Below, piece after piece: positions 10,381 through 20,209 of a DNA stretch of 64,000 bases. Under the pieces are notes generated by a model. The model saw only the letters and a list, made by a program, of their open reading frames with translations, was not told the DNA's origin and did no database searches. Each line of letters begins with the position of its first letter. The first letter of the stretch is position 1. The DNA is taken from positions 96,001 through 160,000 of IMG/VR virus record IMGVR_UViG_3300031760_000002; one strand, 5' to 3'. This stretch comes from a virus (taxonomy: Duplodnaviria; Caudoviricetes). The translations under genes and the position numbers were made by a program.

Positions 10381-10916
10381 TATGCCATTCCCTTCAAAAC
10401 TGCGTCGAGCTTCGCATCTACCTCGGTAAGTTTGGCCGGGTCTATCGCGGCTGGCTGGGCAGGAGCCGACGGAGCCTGTGCCACGCCGCTAGGCTGCTGG
10501 ATGCCGAGAACGCTCTTGAACACCTCTGCAAACTGCTTGAACAGCTTGCTGAGCTGCGTAGGCGTTATCTTCATGTACGGCTCTCCGGACGGAGACACGT
10601 CGCCGCCGGCGGCAGGATCGTCCATCGGAGGTGGCGGCATTCCACCCATCGGGTCTCCTCCGGGAGGAGGCATTCCGCCCATGGCAGCCGGGTCTCCGGG
10701 AGGCATTCCACCCATGGCGGCTGGATCGCCAGGAGGCATTCCGCCCATTGCGGCCGGGTCTCCAGGGGGCATTCCACCCATGGCGGCGGGATCGCCTCCC
10801 GGGGGAGGACCGCCGGCACCGGGATCGCCGCCAGCCATCGACGGATCCATAGGAACGAACTGCGCCTGCTTCTTCAGAAGAAGCTGTAGCTGCTTGTATT
10901 TGTTGTAGTCGAACAT
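10380..10916 (-). CDS. Pro/Gly/Met-rich repeat protein
   Basis: KKQA at residue ~15, then (GDPAAMGGMPP)n. Confidence 0.65.
   Translation of the reverse strand: MFDYNKYKQLQLLLKKQAQFVPMDPSMAGGDPGAGGPPPGGDPAAMGGMPPGDPAAMGGMPPGDPAAMGGMPPGDPAAMGGMPPPGGDPMGGMPPPPMDDPAAGGDVSPSGEPYMKITPTQLSKLFKQFAEVFKSVLGIQQPSGVAQAPSAPAQPAAIDPAKLTEVDAKLDAVLKGMA
10636..10797 (-). repeat. 33-bp coding tandem repeat (GDPAAMGGMPP x4 plus a partial copy)
   Basis: visible in the translation, with synonymous divergence in the DNA. Confidence 0.85.
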
Positions 10917-10936
10917 GTGTTACCTCGTTATTGGAG

Positions 10937-11341
10937 CTACTTTGTCCTGTTGAAGCTGAACTCGGGCATCCAATTCCCGTAGCCATGAGCCTTGGCGCCA
11001 GTTGCCAGCATCGATCCCAGCAATCCGTATAATATCATCTTTCTCCTCTTTGCGGAAGACGAATCATCAGGGTTCTTCAAAAGCGTATTGTACAGAAGAG
11101 CGCCTCCGGCAGCTCCTATCAGACCCGGTACGGCACCGTTGTTCATCCAATCTGACTTGACGGACGAAACGGTCTTGTTGAACGCGCCCTTGGTCCTGTC
11201 CCATGCTTTAGAAGCGGCATTGGACACACCGTCAAAGAACCCGCCGGCTTCTGCAATTTTAGTATAGACGTATCTGGCGGCATCGTCCGTCATGCCGTAC
11301 TCGGCGCATTTTGCAATAAATCCCTGTTCGTGTCTCGTCAT
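10937..11341 (-). CDS. GFxxKCAE-leader protein with two hydrophobic helices
   Basis: MTRHEQGFIAKCAEYG...TKIA. Confidence 0.7.
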   Translation of the reverse strand: MTRHEQGFIAKCAEYGMTDDAARYVYTKIAEAGGFFDGVSNAASKAWDRTKGAFNKTVSSVKSDWMNNGAVPGLIGAAGGALLYNTLLKNPDDSSSAKRRKMILYGLLGSMLATGAKAHGYGNWMPEFSFNRTK

Positions 11342-13326
11342 TGGCGCTTGCCTCCTAAATTCCTAAGAACATCCATTATCTTGTCCCCAGTGCCCTTCGG
11401 CTGTCTAAGATTTTGAATCCCATTGGCCAATGCGGCAGATCCAATACCGGCGGCAGCTATTGCCGGCAACTTGTACTTCAAAGGAACTTTTCCAAGGTTC
11501 TTGAACACTCTGCGAAGCCGCTGTGCGTCGGACAAGATTGCGTCCCTTGTCGCGCCTACGACCTCTTTATTACGAGAAGAAAGTTCTTTAAGCGCACCAG
11601 ATCTCAATGATAGCGCTTCTCTATTGGTAAGAGCGTTTCCAGTCGCATCAACGGACATCTGCTGTAAAGTTCTAGCATCTCTTATCAGCTGTCTTATTCT
11701 AGCTTTTCTTGAAAAAACAGCTCGTGGGTCAAATCCGTTTTTACCCCTGAGCAATTCGTCAAATCCAACAACGCGCCCTCTGTTTACGGCTGAATCTCTG
11801 AATTTTGAGTCAAGGAGCTCTCTGATGTCTTCCGTAAACTTGCGTCTTGCTGCGTCTCGTCCCTCTGCGCCCATTCGCATTGCACGGTCGAAAATGCTCT
11901 TTTCATCTGCAAGCGTACCTTGAGCAATGTGCATGCCCTTCAAATGATTGAAAGCGTCATCCACCGTTGCGCCGGGGTGGCTGCGCAGGAAATCTTCCAC
12001 ACGTCCGTAAACAGCCGCGGCAGCCGAATCGTATTCACGAATAGCTCCAAGACCCTTTTTCTTCGCAAATGCAATGTTGCCTGCGTTCAGGTTGGAATCC
12101 TGCATGAAGATTGACGGAGTCCGGATGCCAAGCATCTCCGTCGCGCTGGAGGAGCCGCCGTATGCAAGATTCAAGTCGGCCCCGTTGTACAGCTTCGATA
12201 TCAGCTGCTTTGGGACATAGTTCGTAACGGTGACCTTCCCGCTGCGAACAGCCTCTTCAAGCTCAGGAGCGATGTTGCCGTACCACTTGTGTGCTCCGCC
12301 TACGCCGCCACCAGTTTGCGCGAGGATGTGGACGTTGTCCATTCCTTCGGTGGCCTTGAGGACTTCCTTGATCTTGTCAGGTGCAAGAGGACCGGCCGAT
12401 CCTCCAGAAAGAAAGATAATCTTCTTTCCTGCAAGACTTTTCGGAACGCCTATCTTCCCGGCATCTTCTGTAGTGATGAACTTTTCTAGCACGCGCCGAT
12501 CGAGCCTGTGCTTTATACTTGACAGGATGTTCGACCGGTTGACGATTCCGGTGTCCATCGAACTGGCAGGGATGTACTTCTGTACCTCTGGCGTGTAGTT
12601 TGCCGCGAATCCTGCATCACGACCGATGTTCCTGGCCTTTCCGAGACGCTCACCGCCAACAACCTGGTTCCAGTCGTTTTTAAGGCCCGGAATCTGGGAA
12701 TACCGCATTCCACGTTCACCGGAAAAGATAAACCTGGACGGATCGCTCTTTGCCATTTCTCCGGACATCATCGGAAGACGTCCGGTGACTGCATCGGTTC
12801 CTAAAACCTTGAAGTTGTCGGAAAGCTCTCCAACACGGAACGTGTCGTACTTTCCTGCAACAAGTCCGGTCAGGACCTTCGCTTTCGCCTTCGGACCACC
12901 GGCAACGCGGGAAAACAACTCCTTCCACACGGAAACGGGAGCTCCGGCTATCTCTTTGACAGCAGGAGCCTTTCCTGACGCAACCGCATGCAGGGCCGCC
13001 TTGTCAGCCGCCGAAAACGCCCTGTGGTCGATCTTCAACGCGGCCTGGCCGTAGTCGGCCGGGTTGTTCACGCCGAGCGGATTGACAAAGACGCCGTTGA
13101 TACCGTGCCTACGGGCCATGATGGCGTTGTTCGCGGCCATCCTGGCTTCCCCGGAACCACCCGAAGCGCCGGCTCCGATTCCGGCAAGGTACTGGACCCT
13201 GTAACGCGGATTCCGACGCAGAAGCGCAAGTTGCAATGCATCGGAATCAAGCGCCATCGAAGCAGCAGATGCTCCCCCGACAGCACTTGCTCCGTTGATA
13301 ATGTTCCGTCTCTGCCTATCTGTCAT
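11338..13326 (-). CDS. protein with GT-B glycosyltransferase (GT28 C-terminal/MurG-like) domain and hydrophobic termini
   Basis: IIFLSGGSAG, VTNYVP..ISKLYNGADL.LAYGGSSSATEM...PSIF. Confidence 0.6.
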   Translation of the reverse strand: MTDRQRRNIINGASAVGGASAASMALDSDALQLALLRRNPRYRVQYLAGIGAGASGGSGEARMAANNAIMARRHGINGVFVNPLGVNNPADYGQAALKIDHRAFSAADKAALHAVASGKAPAVKEIAGAPVSVWKELFSRVAGGPKAKAKVLTGLVAGKYDTFRVGELSDNFKVLGTDAVTGRLPMMSGEMAKSDPSRFIFSGERGMRYSQIPGLKNDWNQVVGGERLGKARNIGRDAGFAANYTPEVQKYIPASSMDTGIVNRSNILSSIKHRLDRRVLEKFITTEDAGKIGVPKSLAGKKIIFLSGGSAGPLAPDKIKEVLKATEGMDNVHILAQTGGGVGGAHKWYGNIAPELEEAVRSGKVTVTNYVPKQLISKLYNGADLNLAYGGSSSATEMLGIRTPSIFMQDSNLNAGNIAFAKKKGLGAIREYDSAAAAVYGRVEDFLRSHPGATVDDAFNHLKGMHIAQGTLADEKSIFDRAMRMGAEGRDAARRKFTEDIRELLDSKFRDSAVNRGRVVGFDELLRGKNGFDPRAVFSRKARIRQLIRDARTLQQMSVDATGNALTNREALSLRSGALKELSSRNKEVVGATRDAILSDAQRLRRVFKNLGKVPLKYKLPAIAAAGIGSAALANGIQNLRQPKGTGDKIMDVLRNLGGKRQ

Positions 13327-13347
13327 TGCGAAACAAGAATGAAACTG

Positions 13348-13830
13348 CTACTTGCTTCTCTTCTTCTTGTCGTCTTCCTTGTCGCCTCTGTCTTTCTTCT
13401 TAGACGCGACAGCCGCAGTGCCGGCAGCAGCTCCGCCTATACCAAGAGCGGCAAGAAGCGACGCCTTAGCAGCCGGAGAAAGGGCGGACGTAGCCTGTCC
13501 TCCAGACAGAGCAGCAGCCGTACCTGCTCCTGCCGCTCCGGTAATCCCGAGCGTTGCCAGTATCCGGTCCCAGCGAAGCCCACCCTTTCCAAGCTTGGAC
13601 ACTTCGTTAAGACCGGAACCGCCAGACGACGCATAGTGCCCGCCCTTCCCGACTGCTGCCGGAACGGCCGTGACGCTATGGATCATCTTTCCCGGTTTGC
13701 GGTAAAATTTTCCAATGGCGCTCAGTACTCTTTCGAGTCCTGCCCTCTTCTGCATCTGCTCGAGTACGGCATTGCCGTCGACACCGTATTCGGCACACTT
13801 TTCGATGAACCCCTTTTCGTATCTGGTCAT
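13348..13830 (-). CDS. GFxxKCAE-leader protein with two hydrophobic helices
   Basis: MTRYEKGFIEKCAEYG...QKRA; AGGAG RBS. Confidence 0.7.
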   Translation of the reverse strand: MTRYEKGFIEKCAEYGVDGNAVLEQMQKRAGLERVLSAIGKFYRKPGKMIHSVTAVPAAVGKGGHYASSGGSGLNEVSKLGKGGLRWDRILATLGITGAAGAGTAAALSGGQATSALSPAAKASLLAALGIGGAAAGTAAVASKKKDRGDKEDDKKKRSK

Positions 13831-13871
13831 GTGTTTCTCCTTTGTCTGGCAATTCCAGTAGAGTTGCCGTT

Positions 13872-13900
13872 ATTAAAGCATTTTCCAAAAAATAATGCAA
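13872..13900 (-). promoter_or_regulatory. possible sigma70-like promoter
   Basis: TTGCAT-17 nt-TTTAAT with upstream TG, in an AT-rich intergenic gap. Confidence 0.35.
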
Positions 13901-13979
13901 CAGACTAAAAGCTCGCAGCCACCGCATTTTTAAGCGCAAATGCTAGCATGGTCTTGTTCATACGGCCCAGCACTTCGCC

Positions 13980-15839
13980 CTAGTAATGAAACTCCTCGTT
14001 CTTATGTCCGGGAGACCCCCACTGTCCGAGCGTTACGCCCTTGGCTACGGCAGGATACGGATTGATCCCCTTCGAATTGGACGTCGCGCCACGCTGTACG
14101 TCCTCGACAAGACGCTTTCCGATGTACGTCGTTCCAAGCCTTCCCATCCAGTCGTCGGTCTGGCCGGTCGTGTATACGACAGACTGCATCTCGGGGCGGA
14201 CGCCAACGGGCTTGTCGTTGTAGAGAACCGCCGGAACCTTGAACCTGTTCAGCTCGTCCGCGACCCGCTTGGTGATCCTGGTGCCTATCGTGTAGTGAAG
14301 GGCCGGCTGCTCCAGGTATTTCCCTATCGCCTTGCTGGGAGGGGCCTGCACCGAGTTCGTACGGGGCTTGTACCCCCACGCCCATCTGGCGTACGAGACG
14401 TTGTCCCCGGGCAGCATCTGGCCCTCGGCATCCTGGTCCTCCACGACGACGTTGTTTATCAGGGCTTTCGCAACGGCCTCCACGTTGCGCCTGTTCGTCT
14501 TGTACCCGGAATCCCTGTATGCCTTCGTGAACCTTTCCGTGAAATAACGGCGGCCTTCGCCGATCCCTTTCAGCCGGACCGCGTCGGCCGGGGAGACAAC
14601 GCCATCGGACAACTGGTCCCCGGCCTCGACCTCCTGGCCTTCCTTGACGATGAGGCCGTATCCGGCCGGAACGTAATGCCTCTGGTCGTTCACGTAGACG
14701 TACTCGCCTCCCTGCGGCGCCTTCTCGATCTTCTCCACGCGACCGTCTATCTCCGACACGGTTGCCCTGTCCTTGTACACCTCCGGAACCGTGGCCATCC
14801 TCTTCAGCATGTCGAACCCGGAATACCCTACGCCTTGCTGCTTCTTGCCAGAATGCTTCATGTTGAGGCCGCCTTGGGCGATCCTTTCCGCCAATGCAGA
14901 AGCGGAATTCAATCCAAGATTGTATCCGATCTCCGGGAACTTTCCGTTCTCGCGTATTCCGGCGCAATGGGCGCACACGCCGTTCTTGGCGTTGCATGTG
15001 GTAGGAGACCTTACGGATATCATGTCCTGCCCGGACGACTTGAGATCCGCCAGAACCGACTTTGTTATGACCGTACCGGCATCGTACCCGCCGGCCGGCA
15101 TGGCCAGAACCGCGCCTATGTTGTCGTTGTCGTCGGTCTTAACGGGAAGTCCGTTCGGAGTTCCGCAATCGTCCTCCGTGACCACCTGCTCTATGGCGGC
15201 CGAGTTGAACAGCTTGCCCAGCTCGCCGGCCCTTGCCGTCGCGAACTTGGTTGATATGATGGAGGCCCTCGCGCCGTAAAGGCTGGCCCAAAACTCCGCC
15301 GGAGACAGCCCGTCCGCATAACTGTGACGGATAAAAAGAGGTATGGTCCTGCCGGATGCGTCCTGGTAGACGCCCGGCGTATTGATCATGGCTGACAGCT
15401 GGTCCTTGTTGCCCCTCGCGTTCGACTTTACCTGGAGTGCGAAGCTGTTGTTCGCCTTCAGGGCCGCGTTGTACGCGTCCAGCTTCGTCTTGTCGTAGAC
15501 CTTCCGGTACACGTCGGACAGCACTTCCTTCTTCTCGTCGTCCGTCAGCGTCTTGTCGCCGTAGATCCTGTTTTCGGCGTCGTCCAGGTTTTTATATATT
15601 GTCGACCTGTCGAACGGCGGCGCAACGTCGGAAAGACGGATCGTCGTGCCTTCCTCGAACGCCGCCTTGTTGCCGGCCCGCATCAGCTTTGACGCTATTT
15701 CGCCGTACTTGTCCGGATCGTGAGCTATGATGTCCGTCAACAGCGCGTCCAGCTCGTCCGCACCAAGCGTACGATTGTAGTCCCGGTACCTCTCCGGGAG
15801 TATCTCGTTTATTATGAGCTGTCCTACCGTTGTAGCCAT
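13980..15839 (-). CDS. rpoC: multisubunit RNA polymerase, beta' C-terminal half (bridge helix, trigger loop, Zn site)
   Basis: TTVGQLIINEILP, SNARGN, GLSPAEFW...GAR...TARAGEL, EDDCGT, VRSPTTC...GVCAHCAG, AERIAQGGLNMKHSG. Confidence 0.92.
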   Translation of the reverse strand: MATTVGQLIINEILPERYRDYNRTLGADELDALLTDIIAHDPDKYGEIASKLMRAGNKAAFEEGTTIRLSDVAPPFDRSTIYKNLDDAENRIYGDKTLTDDEKKEVLSDVYRKVYDKTKLDAYNAALKANNSFALQVKSNARGNKDQLSAMINTPGVYQDASGRTIPLFIRHSYADGLSPAEFWASLYGARASIISTKFATARAGELGKLFNSAAIEQVVTEDDCGTPNGLPVKTDDNDNIGAVLAMPAGGYDAGTVITKSVLADLKSSGQDMISVRSPTTCNAKNGVCAHCAGIRENGKFPEIGYNLGLNSASALAERIAQGGLNMKHSGKKQQGVGYSGFDMLKRMATVPEVYKDRATVSEIDGRVEKIEKAPQGGEYVYVNDQRHYVPAGYGLIVKEGQEVEAGDQLSDGVVSPADAVRLKGIGEGRRYFTERFTKAYRDSGYKTNRRNVEAVAKALINNVVVEDQDAEGQMLPGDNVSYARWAWGYKPRTNSVQAPPSKAIGKYLEQPALHYTIGTRITKRVADELNRFKVPAVLYNDKPVGVRPEMQSVVYTTGQTDDWMGRLGTTYIGKRLVEDVQRGATSNSKGINPYPAVAKGVTLGQWGSPGHKNEEFHY

Positions 15840-18800
15840 TATTTTCGAAGTATCTCTATCGGGTCGTTTGGACCGATCTCACCCCTGGCATAGGCCGCCT
15901 TTGCCTCCGAGACCGTATTATACACCCGGACCGGCTTTTCCGTCATCGGCCTCGTCAAGGCATACAGGCCGAAAACCTGCTCCTTGCTCGGCGTGTGCCT
16001 TGGCGAACGAAGATCCGTCAACGACGTTAGGTTCTTGGACGGAAGCATCTTCTCGTACGCCTGCCTGACCGCCTTCTCCGACGACGGCACGTGCGCGTTC
16101 ATCTGGTCTCCGTCGAAATCCGCGGTGAACGACTGCGTGATAAGCGGGCATACCTTGATCGTGCTTCCGTCCGTGAGGAATGGCCTGAACGCCGTGAAGT
16201 TGAACTTGTGCCACGTCGGCGCACGGTCAAGGATGACCGGGCGCTTCTCCATCTCCTTGACCAGAATGCTCCTGGCCGTGGCATCCCTGTCCGCGATCAT
16301 CTTGGTCGATACGGACGCCGGATACCCGTTTCTTGACAGCTCGCGCATGATGTACGGCTTGTACATCGGCCATGCCATGTCCTCCGGTATGCCGCACTGG
16401 TCCATGTCCAGGTTCGGATCCGGCGTTATGACTCCGCGGGACACGCCTCCAACGGCCTTCGATATGACCTTGTTCTGGTACATGCCGAACTTTGGCCTGG
16501 ACCCTATCACCTGCCTTATCGCGCCTTTGACGCCTTTCGCGGCGTTCTCCGGCGTTATCGGCTGTCCAAGCCCGTACGCGGCCTTCACCGACTCGTAGAT
16601 GTTCAGCCTTTCGTCAGAAACGCCATCGTCGGACAGATCCTTCCTGAGCTCCCTGAAATGGTTCGCGTTCTCTATGATGTCCTTGTACAGCTTGTTCATG
16701 TCGGAAGTAAGGGCGACGTCGCCCATCTTCGACACGGGCCTGAACATCGGAGGTATGACCGGAACCTTCGATATCATCCAATCCTTGGGATGCAGCCCCT
16801 GGTTCTTCATCGCCGTCAAGTATCTATAAACCTTGACCGCATCGTCCCTCTTCTGGCCGCGGAACGTGGTTATGCCCCTCGACGCCTCCTCGATCCTCTT
16901 GTCGACGTCTATCTTGGACAGCGCGTCCTTCAAAGCCTGGCCGCCGGTCTTGCCGTCGAGCTTCTCACGACCGGACAGTATGTCCTCCATCCTTGACGTG
17001 GTCAGGCCGAGCACCCTCCTGACAGGCTCCTCCATTATCGGGTTCGGAACAGGTTCCGGAAGCTCTATCATGGACCATTGGTTTCCGGCCATACCGCCGG
17101 TCTTGCCAAGATCGAACAAGCCTCCCTTTACCGGCTCGAAGTCGGAATCAACCATGTCGGAGGACGATATGACACGTCCTCCGGCCATCTTCTCGACATC
17201 CTTGTCGGTCTGCGGCATTATCCGGGTTATCGACCCTTTTTCAGTGACATTTATGCCGCCAGCCCTCAACGTGTTCAGGAACTTGTTGTATATGAACGGC
17301 ACATCGGGCTCCGGCGTCGGAAGCCCCAGCTGCAGCGCCCTCCAATAATCGTCGTTCCTGGTGCCGCGTATGATCTGGGTGTCTTTTATCACCTCCGGCA
17401 CGTTGTGCGCAAGCATTCCCCACAAGTCCATGCCCGAGCTCTTCTTGGCGCCCTCAAAGCCTCCCTTCGCCGGCTGTTCGTCCTGCGTATAGGCGCCGTC
17501 TGCCCCTCGGGCCGACGCCTTCTTCTCGGACAGGTGGTGGAACGCATGCATGTAGATCCATCCGTCGCCGACGTTCTTGATTGTCTTCCCGGACACGGGA
17601 TCGAACACGTCTGCTGACTCCTTGACACCGGCTTTGTCCATCTGCGCCTTCGTCCACCTGTACCACCCTTCCGGCGGAGGAAGCTGGGGGATCCGTATCT
17701 GCTTTCCGGTGGCCTTCGCCACCTTTCCGAGGGAAATCTCCATGAGCTGGTTTGGCGCCGTCCTCGACAGGAATCCCATCGGGTTGACGAGGACGTCGTA
17801 CGGTTCGTTCGTGACGGCGTCCCTCGGCATCTTGTCCATCGGTATGATGGTGCCGACCACCCCCTTCAGACCGGAGAACGGAGACAGCTTGTCGCCCACC
17901 CTAACGGGGGGCTGCGCATGCACGTTCACCTTCGCTCCAGACGACGTCTTGACAGCGTCGACGACCGTGCCCTCGTAGTCATGCTCCCAGGTCTCCGACC
18001 TGTCGGTATAAGAATTGCGAAGCGCCTTGGACAGCTTTCCAAGCGCCTTGTCGGACGATGTGAGTACCTTTGGCCCGAGCGACAACACGATAGGATCGCC
18101 CCTGTGCAGCACGGTCCCCGGCTTGACGATTCCGTTTTCGTCCAAGGTTGCTATCTGGTCCTTGGTGAACTTTGACGGGAACGCTGATATGTACCTGTTC
18201 CTGCCGAGCTGCACTCCGTTCCTGGCCTCGTGGTCGAAACTGTACAGCCTGTCCGTGGCGAGCTTCTTCGCCGCGTCCTCGCTGATCGTCCACGCGTCCT
18301 CGTAGCTCATGCCGTTCCACGGAAGTATGGCGGCCCTGAGGTTTTGGCCCATATTCAGTGCCCCGGTCTTCGCGTCCGTGTAGTTGGAATGCGCTATCAT
18401 GTCGCCGGGCTTCACGCTTTGCCCCTCCTTGACGGACGGGAAATAGCTTATTGCGGACAGCCTGTTGAACGGTACGTTCTTGGTAAGCTCGACCTTGACG
18501 GTCTTGCCGTCGTCGCCCTTGATCGTAACCGTATCGTCGTCAACCTTCGTGACAACTCCGGAAACGTCGGACTTTAGCGTACCGATTTTCCTGCCGTAGT
18601 ATTCGGACCACGTCGTCTTTCCGTCAGGCATCAGCGAGTCGACCAACGGAACCTCTCCGTTCTTCTGCGGAAGGTACTGCGACCAGAACTTCGACCCGTA
18701 GAACTGCCTCGTGGACTGGACTCCGGTCGGCATGATGTTCATGTTCGTGTTCGAGGTTATCATATGGCCGTACGACGGAACGGTGTACCGCACCTCGCTT

Positions 18801-20209
18801 CGCTTCACCCTCTGCGGTATGCCGTCCTTCATCGCAATGACGTACGGCTTTGTCATGTCCTGCCCCGGAAAGGCCACAAGCCCGTCCGACGCAGTCGCTA
18901 TGTCGACGTATGTAAGCTTCCCGGTTCTGTTGTCTATGAACTCGCCGTACAGCTTGTTGTCCTTGCCAAGGAACGTGTTGTAAGCGGCACGGACGTCTAC
19001 ACCCACTTTTTCCGACTCGGGACCCGAGTTCATGTCGACGAACCCCAAGTAGTCCCCCTGGACGTCGCGCGCCTCCATCGTGACCGCCTCCGGAGACCCT
19101 ATGCCTCCCAGTCCGAACTTGGATATCCTGGACATCTGCTCCAACGTGGAAAGCGGGTTCGCCTCCTCGCCGGGCATGGCGAGCCCAGATCCGTTTATGA
19201 TCGTATCGACCCACGGGTTAAGGGCGTTCCTCTGGATGGATTTAAGATTTCCGTTCCTCCTGGCCTTGTACAGAAGCGTATTGGCCAGGCGTCCGGCGTT
19301 CTTCTCGATGCGTTCCTTGAAATAGTCCTCGACGCCGTAGAACTTGGAAAACCTGGGGCTGTCCCTGTTGTCGGCCTTCTCATCGCCCCTGGAGACGTTC
19401 AGAAGCTTCTGCGAGGCCCTGAGGAGGAGCTCCGGCGTAACATGGTCGACGCCACGGAGGCCCATGGTCCTCTCGACGACCTCCGGATCCACCTCGTATC
19501 CGGCGATGGCGTCGCGAACGAACTGGATCTTGTCATCCTGCGTGGCGGCCGGATTCGACTTGTACCCGGCCATCCTGGAATAAAGCTTGTTCCACGCCTG
19601 AGGGTCCGCCTTTGCGGAGTTTGCCGCGGCAACGTCCGCGCCCCAGTATTTGACAATGCTCTTGTCGTCTACCCCAAGCCCGCGCAAAACCTGGTACAGC
19701 GGTATCTGCCCCTGTCCGGTCTGCAGCGACATGACGCCGGTCTCCGGGTTCAGCCCGAAATGGAACGCGTGCCCTGTGCCCGGCCTGATGTTGAACTGCG
19801 CCTCGTATTCGCCGTTGGACTTCCGCCTTGCATAGACGCCAGGACGAAGCCTTGACTGCGAAATGACCGTGTACTCGGACCCGTTGTTTATAATCGTTCC
19901 GCGGTCGGTCCAGTACGGAACCTGCATGACGGAATCCTTGCGCTGGTCCAGCACCTTCCCGGTCTTCTTGTCGGTGAGCCTCCAGGTGCCGACCAGGTTT
20001 GTCCTTAGATTCCTGTTCCTCAGGATGGCGTCCTTCTGCTGCTTCAGCGTGAACTCCTGCGGACCGTCGTATGCGATGTCCACAAGCTCCAGCCTGTAGT
20101 TGTCGTCCTCGACTGGAAAACGCTTCTGCATCGCGGAAAGAACATTGTCGTAAATGTTCCTTCTGGCCGATTTTGCATCGTCGAACGCCCTGAGACCGTC
20201 TGGAATCAT
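15839..20209 (-). CDS. rpoB: multisubunit RNA polymerase, beta fused to the N-terminal catalytic half of beta'
   Basis: beta motifs GTIINNGSEY..ISQ..RPG, NPL...RISKFGLGG, GQNL..AILPWNG.SYEDA, GDKL...GLKGVV, NPMG..SR; beta' motifs VPVIPP.FRP, DRAPTWH, TADFDGDQM. Confidence 0.93.
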   Translation of the reverse strand: MIPDGLRAFDDAKSARRNIYDNVLSAMQKRFPVEDDNYRLELVDIAYDGPQEFTLKQQKDAILRNRNLRTNLVGTWRLTDKKTGKVLDQRKDSVMQVPYWTDRGTIINNGSEYTVISQSRLRPGVYARRKSNGEYEAQFNIRPGTGHAFHFGLNPETGVMSLQTGQGQIPLYQVLRGLGVDDKSIVKYWGADVAAANSAKADPQAWNKLYSRMAGYKSNPAATQDDKIQFVRDAIAGYEVDPEVVERTMGLRGVDHVTPELLLRASQKLLNVSRGDEKADNRDSPRFSKFYGVEDYFKERIEKNAGRLANTLLYKARRNGNLKSIQRNALNPWVDTIINGSGLAMPGEEANPLSTLEQMSRISKFGLGGIGSPEAVTMEARDVQGDYLGFVDMNSGPESEKVGVDVRAAYNTFLGKDNKLYGEFIDNRTGKLTYVDIATASDGLVAFPGQDMTKPYVIAMKDGIPQRVKRSEVRYTVPSYGHMITSNTNMNIMPTGVQSTRQFYGSKFWSQYLPQKNGEVPLVDSLMPDGKTTWSEYYGRKIGTLKSDVSGVVTKVDDDTVTIKGDDGKTVKVELTKNVPFNRLSAISYFPSVKEGQSVKPGDMIAHSNYTDAKTGALNMGQNLRAAILPWNGMSYEDAWTISEDAAKKLATDRLYSFDHEARNGVQLGRNRYISAFPSKFTKDQIATLDENGIVKPGTVLHRGDPIVLSLGPKVLTSSDKALGKLSKALRNSYTDRSETWEHDYEGTVVDAVKTSSGAKVNVHAQPPVRVGDKLSPFSGLKGVVGTIIPMDKMPRDAVTNEPYDVLVNPMGFLSRTAPNQLMEISLGKVAKATGKQIRIPQLPPPEGWYRWTKAQMDKAGVKESADVFDPVSGKTIKNVGDGWIYMHAFHHLSEKKASARGADGAYTQDEQPAKGGFEGAKKSSGMDLWGMLAHNVPEVIKDTQIIRGTRNDDYWRALQLGLPTPEPDVPFIYNKFLNTLRAGGINVTEKGSITRIMPQTDKDVEKMAGGRVISSSDMVDSDFEPVKGGLFDLGKTGGMAGNQWSMIELPEPVPNPIMEEPVRRVLGLTTSRMEDILSGREKLDGKTGGQALKDALSKIDVDKRIEEASRGITTFRGQKRDDAVKVYRYLTAMKNQGLHPKDWMISKVPVIPPMFRPVSKMGDVALTSDMNKLYKDIIENANHFRELRKDLSDDGVSDERLNIYESVKAAYGLGQPITPENAAKGVKGAIRQVIGSRPKFGMYQNKVISKAVGGVSRGVITPDPNLDMDQCGIPEDMAWPMYKPYIMRELSRNGYPASVSTKMIADRDATARSILVKEMEKRPVILDRAPTWHKFNFTAFRPFLTDGSTIKVCPLITQSFTADFDGDQMNAHVPSSEKAVRQAYEKMLPSKNLTSLTDLRSPRHTPSKEQVFGLYALTRPMTEKPVRVYNTVSEAKAAYARGEIGPNDPIEILRK

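Noticed and set aside
13980-20209. Bacterial chromosomal rpoBC operon
   Set aside because: There are no ribosomal-protein neighbours, the subunits are reduced and re-split, and the context is portal, protease and tail genes.
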